Below the pieces are notes generated by a model. That model searched no databases. It worked only from the letters and a program-made list of their open reading frames with translations, and was not told where the DNA came from. Made by a program: the position numbers and the translations under genes. Source: Paramecium tetraurelia (lineage: Eukaryota). From it: 64,000 bases of DNA. Positions 54,412-64,000 of this stretch are shown one piece after another (the stretch's first letter is position 1; every line of letters starts with the position of its first letter). The DNA lies in the NCBI GenBank assembly GCA_000165425.1, contig CT868045.1, positions 124,001 through 188,000 on the forward strand, read 5' to 3'.

Positions 54412-55790
54412 TCATAATCCTGTTTGAACTCTCATCTCGTTACAGAGTTTTTATACCTCTCTAATTGTCTTTAATGGTATATCTTAATCTCTTTAAATAT
54501 TTAAGGGAATATCTGATGTGAACCTGAAACTCAACATACGATAAATCAAATAATATGTTGGATTATTGTTCATGTATTTTTACAACCATTTAAGACAACT
54601 ATATAATTTTAAGAGAAATTTCTAAACATCACAAGTACAAGCCTTTTGAAGGTTAATTTCACCGTAAGTATCTTAAAGAAATTTTGTAAATTCAACTAAT
54701 TTCTCTTGACAAAATTCAATGGACTCAATTAAGGCATGTCCATTATTTATTAATAGATTGATCATTGTCATACCTAAACAAAAGAGATCTTATTATCTAG
54801 CAATCCTCCACGCCTGTATAACCTCATTTGGATTTACAATTTTCCCTAAAATTTGGTAGGGAGTTTTAAAGAATTCAGCTTCAAATTCTGGTCTTGATAA
54901 CTCCTATTCTTAAATTTTTTGAGAGTAACCGAAATCACAAAAACAAATTTTGATCCCTTTTTTTACATAGATACATTATGGATTAAAATTTACCATTCCT
55001 TATAACTTAAGCCATCTGTTAATCCAAAATACTAATTGATCAATATGTTCATTTCCAAACCTCCTTTCGATTAACTAACGTCTTCCGTTAGGTTATAAGT
55101 CTTAAAATTACATATTTAGAATGCATTGCAGATTCGTGTAATCACGAGTGATATTTTATTCCATATAAGATGTTTATTGATTATTTCCTAAATTCTACCT
55201 TAATTGTTCGAGCCCTTACTCAATTGGTAATTCTATGTCATTATTCTCACTTGAATAACAGAATTAATATTCTTCGTGAAATAAGATATTGCTAGGTTGC
55301 ACATCCAAATGGAATATCCAATTTTTATGAAAATAGTTTAATATGTTGAGTAATCGATTACAAATAATAGTAATTGTCTCTAAATTTAATCTGTGCGGGT
55401 GCTAATTTTCCCAATAAAGACAATCCATATCAAGGGTGCCCATATTCATATATGCTGTTGTGATCCACAACATATATTAATTATCGCATTTATCATTCTA
55501 AACTTCACATGTATAACCGCTGATAGCCAATTCTTGCAAACAATAAAGTTCATTCTAAATATATTTATTTTTACTTGATTCATTCCTCTCAACACATCTA
55601 ATGTTAAGATATTATTTTTTAAATTTAAGAACTTATAGACTCGGTCTTCACTCTTTTTACAAATTCCTTGACTTCCTTCCGCAATTTCGACAAGTTGAAA
55701 ATTTTACTATAACTCTTTCATTTAATCCTATATTATTTAATCTGCTACGTTCAAAGGAATTTCTTATTACATTATTAATTATAATGACAT
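54412..55790 (-). CDS. Divergent protein kinase-like protein with long insert
   Basis: IAEGSQG, VYK, HLDVQPSNILF, CDFGYS, DLFCLG; start may be 55790 or 55772. Confidence 0.7.
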
Positions 55791-57013
55791 TACCAAAATT
55801 TTCATTGCTTGCTAATAAATTGGCCCAAATACGAGCCAAACAGCTAGCCTTAAATTTTAGAGAGGATTAACTCAAGCCTTTGATTTTATCAGATTCGAAA
55901 ATCAATTAATTGGTTCCAAACTTCTTTACAAGTCAAAATAATTTCGAGTTGTTTGAGCTCAAAGATGAATACAAGACAATACCTGACTCCCAAAACTTTA
56001 ACAGTACTAGCAACACATTTACTTAATTGAAAATACCTATAGGATAGAATTAGAAATTAAGAACCCAATTTACTAAATTATAAACAAAATATGCAAGAAT
56101 AGGGAGACTATTGGAAGTGTTAGATTTATAAGTAGGTTTTGTAGGATACAAACATGCCTACGCTGATTTCTCTAATCGCTAAATAACAATAGCAACATTA
56201 GGAGTTTACGATTTTCTATTCTATAAATAAGAATTTGATTATAACAAAGACATTATAATGAATTCCTATATAAGTTATGTTGGCAAATCCTCAATTGAAG
56301 TTAATAGTGATTTATTTTAAGATAACTAATTGGCTGCTACAGTGTCCTTCGTGATGGTAAGTAGGAATGCAGAAAAGTATGACTAAGCTCAGCCTGTCCC
56401 GCAGTTGTTGGATGAATTGCATCCTGACATTAAGGAATCCTGCTTTATTCGCAAACAGCTAGGAAAACTGAACTAATAAAGGCGAATTTAAGAGTCCAAA
56501 CTATAATAGGAACCACCTAATCAAAATGAATCAAGATATTTGCATGATATGATGAAAAAAAGAGATGATAGTCTCTTTATAAGTCAAACAGAATTAGATA
56601 AGAACATTATGATGCATACTTAAGATAGAAATCTCCATGGTAAAGCCTTTGGTGGTCATATAATGAAGGAAATCATTGAATTAGGTTGGCTTGTGGGTTA
56701 TAAACATGCCATTGGAAATGATGTGTTCATCATCCACATTTTTGATGTAACTTTCCTTGCTCCAGTTGCAATAGGTAGTATAATCAATCAATCCGGAAAG
56801 ATCTGTTATGTAGAAGACGACATAATGATAATTTAAGTGTAAGTGGATGTCCACAATTACAAAGATAGCAAGGTAACAATTTTGAAAACATCTGAAGTCT
56901 ACTTGGCTATGAAATCATCAGTGCCAATCAAACAAGTTTAGCCGTAGACATACGAAGAAGCAATGTTATTCTTGCATGGCAAAAGATTGATGGAAAAATT
57001 GAAATATGATTGA
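55784..57013 (+). CDS. Double hotdog-fold acyl-CoA thioesterase (ACOT9-like)
   Basis: ARIGRLLEVLD, IATLGVYDF, ISYVGKSSIEV, MHTQDRNLHGKAFGGHIMKE, FLAPVAIGS, PQTYEEAMLFLHGKR. Confidence 0.88.
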
Positions 57014-57284
57014 ATATCAAGTATTAACTTCTTAGTGTTTTCATTAGAAATTCTATTCTAAGCACATTCTTTTATAAACTAATCTTTTTCAATCGGAAAG
57101 GATAAAACAGAACTAAATTCTCTAAGAATACTATTTATTATTTAATTAATTTTACTAAGCTGATAATAAAAATTCCAACAGAACTGTAATATCAATATAA
57201 TTGTAAATAGATTGTGATATTGAATAGTAAGTAATCTAAGGTAATCGATTGAAAAAAAAAAAATTTTGACATCAATATAATTTA

Positions 57285-57871
57285 TCATTATAATTCTGTT
57301 TTTATTTATGTAAATCAAGATATGATTTACTTATGATCTAAGATTATGGACTTGAATACTTGATTTATTAAGATAATTTAGGTGTAAATGTACAAGTATT
57401 AATAATCTATTATTCTTTCTCTTCTTTAAGCTTTTTTATTTTCAATTGCTTCTTTTTTTGAAATATTTCATTTCTATCAACTACTGATAGGCCAACCCAA
57501 TCTTTGTAATGAGATAAATCTTGTTTGATCGAACTCTCTTAATGTTTTAGCTCTCTGAATTCGGAAATCTACTTAAAAAGAGCCATGGATTGTGGTCTGT
57601 ACATTTATTATTTTGTTATAGTTTTTGGAGTCTAACTCTGAGTGGAAGTTGTTTCTGGAACCTTAGTATGTTTTTGCGTTTGTGCTTGAACCTTGGGCAC
57701 TTGAGGTTTAACGAAGAATTTCAAATTCATAAATATGGTCTTTTTCATCTACTAATTTTGTAAATGAGGTTTATAATCCATCTAATTCTTTTTTTAAGTA
57801 CTCATCAGATTACTTAATCTTGATAAATTTTCTTTTAAGGTGTAGTCATCCAATGCTGTTGATTAATTCAT
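57285..57871 (-). CDS. Hypothetical basic protein with CTFTPK motif
   Basis: MNQSTALDDY.. open frame of ~195 codons, KLKEEKEQQIINTCTFTPKL. Confidence 0.6.
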
Positions 57872-58056
57872 TACTACTAATTTATTAATATCATTTTTAA
57901 TTCATTATTAGATTATATTGATAATCATACACACTATTCTCACTTCATTTTAATAATATATAAATGCTTCAAACTCATATCTGTATTATATAATTAAAAA
58001 GCTCGTTGCAAAAAAAGATATTTATTTGTTTTATATTTTATTTATTGCTTTCCATC

Positions 58057-61000
58057 ATGAGTAAGATATTTTTGAGAGGCGGAGGTTGTGGAGCCTCTAA
58101 AAAAATTTAGAAAAAGCACGAATAAGAAATGGAAAGAGGGAAACAAAAAGTTGATTTGACCCAAAAAGAGAGAATGGCTAAGCTTATCCAATAACATAGC
58201 GAAGTTATTTTCAAAAACTCACCAATTGCTATGAGTGAGAAGAAGAAACTGATGTCCAGCTTCTAATTCTTCTTGGATAACAGGTAAGAATTGTGGGGAA
58301 TCATAGTGGATAAGGAGGAATCATCCCAAATTATTGACATCATCTTAACAAATCTCAAACCACTATTGGAATCCTTAAAAATCCTCATTAAAGGGTTCGT
58401 AGCTTATTCTGTCTACTTATCTCAAATCATCTAACTGTTATCTTGGATTGTCTTTTGTTTCTATACCAATGCGCACTCGAAAAAAGAAAATAAGGACAGA
58501 TTTATGAATGTCAAAGATTAAACTGAATACTTAGAGTTAATCACCCAAATAAAGACAGAAATAGATATAGAAAAAAACATCGATAAATACTAGAATAACT
58601 TAGAATACGAACTTTACATTATGGAGTCAATATTTACCATTGTTCCGACTGACAGTGATGAAGCTTAGGAAATAGCAGCTTCCTTTCTTATTGGGGCAGC
58701 TACCTCGTTTCTTTCCTTCTCTATCAATGATCAATTCTTGACTAGTCTAAAGAAGGGTGTTATCTACATTTACAACGAGCATGATAAAGCCAGCAGAAAG
58801 AAAATTCTTAAGGTCATTTTTGCTTTATTATAACTCAAATATGAAATCATAAACAAGATTTAGAAAAGCGAGTTAAAATAAGACTTCATTCACTTGGATC
58901 GATTAAATACAGTTTATAAGGAAGTAGTCAGCAAATCTTCAGACTGGCAAGTCTGGTGCACATGGACTAAAGTGTTATCTTAATTATTCTAATAAAAACT
59001 GATACTCCCCCTGGAAAAAATATAGAGCCTTAAAATATCAGATTAACATTATATTCATAAAAATGAAAATACAAAAACATGCTGGTTGAATATTGACAGT
59101 AGATTAATTGAAAGTGATGCAACTGCAAAATTAATATATCAAAATACAGAAGAATTATAAGAACTTGGTAGATTGTAATATTCAATTTTATACGGATATC
59201 AATAAATGCCAAATTTTGAATCATTATACTCCTCCAAACTCACATAATCGATAGAAAAAGAGAATTTTGATGCATTTCAATTCAATTTAAGTTCAGTGTC
59301 AATTATGTTGCATAATGCTTAGGAAATCAAAAAAGCCCAGGTCTAATTGCAATAGCATGTTGAATTATTGAGTACGACAAACAAATCTAAGGTTTAAGAT
59401 ATTGAAAACCTTCTTGTCAAAGCAATTAATAACACAATCTTATTGTTGGAGTCCATTTATTCATTGCATGAAATTGAAAATCCAAGAGATAATGAATTAG
59501 ACTCTCCAAAGTAATAATTAGCGCAACAAAGTGTAATTTTTTTTAGTCAAAATTTATAAAATCCATCCCCTGGTAAAAAAAATGACGATGATAATGTATG
59601 GTTAGATGAAATTGTCAAATTGAAAAAAAGTTTAGGCAAAAAATTTATCACCTTCTTCTTAAAAAGTTTACTTCTCAAAACTAACAATTAATCAAAAGAA
59701 AAGGCATTAATAGATGACGAAACAAAAGAAGAATACAAAATAGACTTCATCTTAAATTAATCAAAAAAAGAAAAAGATTAAATTATTCAAGAGGATTTTT
59801 AATAATATTAATTTAATGTATTAGATCTTTTGGAAGAAATTGAATTGAGAAGAATCAAAAAAAAAAAAACTAAGACTCCTAATTATTCTCAAATTATCGT
59901 TAATTATAAGTAGGATCCATTTTAAATAGAAACTCTTTAGTTATTGTAGACGAGACTCAAGTATATCAAAATTAAACCTTCTAAACATCAAATGAAGAGC
60001 GAGGAAGAATACAAATTTGGATTTAAAGAAGGAATTAATTTGTTATAGGAAGGATCAGCATTCCTTCGATGGAATCTAAGATTGCTAGTTAGAATGAAGT
60101 TCTACATTTAAGAACTAAGTTCAAACTAACATAATGACAAGTAAGCAAATTAACAAACAAATCAAATAATAGACTCCTTAAAAGGATTTTCATAATAATT
60201 ATCTTCAATAAAAGCTATTCAAAAATGCATTAAGTTTTTTTATAGCAAATATGAGGCTTGTATAAAGTATTAACTAATTGGAAAGGTCTCATAAAAAAGA
60301 AATGTTATATATTAAGTTTTGAAAACTATAACTTTAAAAAAGTTTGAAACTCTCAACATGGTTTATTAAATTCACAAGGAAGCAATAAGAAAAGTAAAAA
60401 ATGTAGGAGTAATTTACATATGCTAATCAATATTTTAAGCTATCTAAAATGAGCATGAGACATTTCTAGAAGATATTGTTCAACTTAAAAGGGCTATTTA
60501 AATGATCATCGACATATTAAATGCGAATGAAAAAAACAACAAAAAAGACTAGGATGAATTCAAAATTTTTTTAAATAATGATATTTTCAACTAAAATTAA
60601 ATAGAAGATCCAGAAAATCATTCTACATGGTTGGCAAATAAGGATGCCCTTTTTAAAATAACTTTATATTATTAAAATTATTGCCAATCTAATAAAAATT
60701 GGTAGAAAAAGAATAAAAATTCCTCTTAAGATGTTACTTAGCAAATTGAGAAGAAATAATAATCGATAAAAGATTACATTGAAAAGATTGAACTAGCTTA
60801 AGGTTACAAAACGATTTAGGAGGAAGATGACACTTTTAAAACAGAATTATATAAAGAAGTAAAATAGCACCTAAATTCTTTATTAGAGTTAACCATCTAA
60901 AATGAATAAGACAATTTAAATGCTGAATGGAATTCTCCTTTAAAAACGAAAGAATTTTTTAATTCATTATTTAATATCATAAAGGACATTGAACATTAGG

Positions 61001-64000
61001 TTTAAGTCTAATTCGGTAACCTAAAATTTATTAATCAATAATAGGGAGTATTTTAGACATTAATAAATAATTCATTGCTTCTTAGAAAAGCAATTAGTTT
61101 ATATCAAAACAAAATAGAACAGAATGAAAAGAAAATTTAGGAATTGGTTGGGAATTATGAGGAGAAATTACCTGAATAAATATTTGATCTAACAAATCTA
61201 TAGAAAATATTTAATGAAGCAAAATTACATCTTAGTCCTAATCTAAAATCAGAAATATTCTTCATCTTAACCCAAATATGGAAAAAGGAAGATGTAACAT
61301 CAGATCCAAGTTACTATGATTAATTTAAAGAAGCAGCAAGTGACTTAATAAACTCAAATAAATGGAGAGTTCGATAATCATGCATATTTGAATTGCTCTA
61401 GTTTAAGCAGAGTTGTCTGACATAGGCTACAGTTGATTTGGCCAGAGGATTATTAGTAAAATGTTAAATATATGAAACTGATAGAAGAAATAAACAATTA
61501 TTAGATGATGAGGACTAAAATCAAGTAGTGAACATGATCTAGTAATGTTGGGCCTAATCAGAAGAGGATGTCTAAATAAAAATTAAATAAAAGCTAGAGG
61601 AATTGAATGATATCGCCTATAAAATAACAATAGAAACCAAATAATACGAGAAATCTAAATACAAGAAAAGGTATGTTGAATTAGAAAGTGAAATATAAGG
61701 CATTGTAAAGAATGCTGAGAGTCTTGGAAATTCACTCGGTACGAGTTTACTCTTCTTTTAGGATATCAAACATGATTTAGTCAACATTTAATCTTAGTTG
61801 AAGAACTTATAAGGTTCAATTGATTAAATCCATAAGGATATTCAATTATTGTAGGGTAGAAGTATAAAAGACTTACTCATAATTAGAATGTAAAGAGTGT
61901 TGCAATAGAGGATTATTTTGAATTCTGAAAATGTGTATGTGCCAATCAAAACGAAAGAGAAGCAAGTGTTAGAAAATCATGAAGATGAAGAGACTCCATT
62001 ATATACTGATGATTTATTTAGCAATGGAGAGATAAATGAATTTATTTGGAAGTAATAGAAATTGAGTCTATTGATTCATGGATAAGCTGGTTCAGGAAAG
62101 AGTACAGCCGCTAGAAAGATAGAGGAATTCTTATGGTTACTATTTAAGAAGAATATGAACATAGCAGAGTCTATCCCTATTATTCCTATATTTGTATCTT
62201 TGCCTTAATTGAAGGATCCAATATCTATGGCTATGGAAGAAACCCTAAAATCAGACAATTACAGATTCAATGAGAAATAGATCATCGAATTTAAAGAAGC
62301 TATTGAATAGAACTAATTTAAAATAGTGATCATTATGGATAGTTATGATGAAATCAAATCAGAATTTACAAATAGAAATCTTATTCTCTCAAATAAATTG
62401 TATAAATGGAGATGCCAATCAGATGAATTGAGATTTCCAAAAATAATTACAACGTCAAGATCAGAAATGTTCACTAATACTGACTATAGATCCTGGTTTT
62501 TACCAGAATCTGAAAATCTATATTTGTATAAAGAAATTAGATTGTTAAATTTTACTAGCGAATAAGTGAACTTATACATTGAATACCATACCATTTTTTC
62601 AGTCAAAAAAATCATTAAAGATTTCTTTTTTAATAATAAGGATAATTCCGGATTTTTTGCATTCGAAGAATTATTTAATGAAATAATTAAAGTTATCAAT
62701 GACAAAGAATAAGAAGATGATAAAAAGGATTAATAATTCTTATTAACTAAAAATTAGATTGAACGAATCTTATCTCTGTGTGAGAGTTTTGTCAGTGGAG
62801 ACATAGCAATAGCGATGAAATAATCTTTAGAGGAAGTTTGGTGTAAAGAATATTATATCAAAAATATAAAACAAATGGATATAGGTTCCTTGTTAGAAAC
62901 ACCATTTATGATTGAAATTGTAGCATCTGTTTTACCTCAAATGATTAAGCATAGATAAGAATTAAATACTTTGAAGGAATCATTTATGAAAAAGCTTTCC
63001 TAATAGGATGAAGTGTCTAAAGAGTAATTGTCAAAAGAATGGTCTAAGATAATTAGCAATGAAAAGTTCTTAGAAGAATATCTAAAGGTCTCAAATGATA
63101 CTGAAAGAGATCTAATTATCTCAGAATTTTTTGGGAAACCTGATAATTCTACAATTGTTCAAGATGCTCTTAAATTAGATCCTCTTTGTTCATATGATTT
63201 TTACGATTAATTTTTTGCTTAGTATTTTAAGAGATAAATAAATAAACTTAGAGAATCTGGGGAATCCTTAGTTTACATTTCAAATTTATCTGATCTTTGG
63301 GAATTCACACACAGATTAGCAAATGATATGACGTTAGATTCATTAAGCTAAGTACAATACATACCACGCATATTCTTATTCCAAAAAAATAGAGATGCTG
63401 ATTGGAGAGATGTTTATTTCAATGATGAATAAGAATAAGGTTAAATTAAAAAGTTATTTAGAAAGATAATGCCAATAAGATAAAAATATGGAATATACTC
63501 CTTCAATCATAAATCCTTATAGGAATTTTTAGTGGCCAAGTGGTTAATTCAATCATTAGAATAATTTAATTTTAATTTATCTGAAGAGTAAATTGATGGC
63601 TAACTCGATGATTTATGTGTTCATAACTTATCTAAGGATTTCATGAATGGCGTTGTAAGGTTTATGGTTGATAAATTAAATCAAAATTAGTATTTGCAAA
63701 AGAAATTATTTGAAATTGTCCTTCTAACTAAAAATAAATAACCAAATGATTAATATAAAGAACTAGATTCAATTAAGATAAGTTAGAATATCAAACTAAA
63801 GAGAGCTTAAACTCAACTTATGGCCTAGCTAAAGGTTTCGCAAGCCTAATACTCAGACAAAGAAAAAACTTAAAGGGTCATCCAAGCAAGTTCTAATAGT
63901 TTATATCTTCTTCATTTATTAAAGTATCCATTTACTGAAGATCTGAGTTCAATTAAAATTAATGAAACTGATTTGCTCAACAGTAACTTCTTTGGAGCAA
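58057..64000 (+). CDS. Very large NACHT-domain STAND NTPase (NLR-like); 3' end beyond window
   Basis: Same frame at sampled points from ATG 58057; Walker A HGQAGSGKST (62077-62106), Walker B VIIMDSYDE, IITTSR, ETPFM, winged-helix YSFNHKSLQEFLVA, start of pentapeptide-like DLSSIKINETDLLNSNFFGA. Confidence 0.9.

Overview
AT-rich, very gene-dense eukaryotic DNA from a ciliate macronuclear chromosome, most likely Paramecium. Evidence: TAA/TAG read as Gln inside conserved proteins, TGA is the only stop, and introns are 20-30 nt GT..AG. The supplied standard-code ORF track is therefore mostly fragments or antisense artefacts. Re-translating by hand with code 6 gives about 35 genes. These include a Cys-rich surface antigen-like protein, EMC2, a CEP350/DUF4378-like IQ protein, a prominin/tweety-like membrane protein, an HSF, a cystatin, three protein kinases, a redox-inactive PDI-like protein, two hybrid histidine kinases, RPS26, RPL21, TTC12-like and UNC-45-like TPR proteins, a degenerate carbonic anhydrase, an EF-hand/NPHP1-like protein, an FHA-RINGv ligase, PTC7, Fe-SOD, an aspartic protease, ACOT9 and a very large NACHT (NLR-like) protein running off the right edge. 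The top finding is that NACHT protein's N-terminus, MSKIFLRGG|GCGASKK: a ubiquitin-tail mimic directly followed by a cryptic myristoylation/palmitoylation motif, suggesting protease-gated membrane targeting. Coordinates and splice sites were derived manually and family calls come from recalled motifs; no database searches were run.
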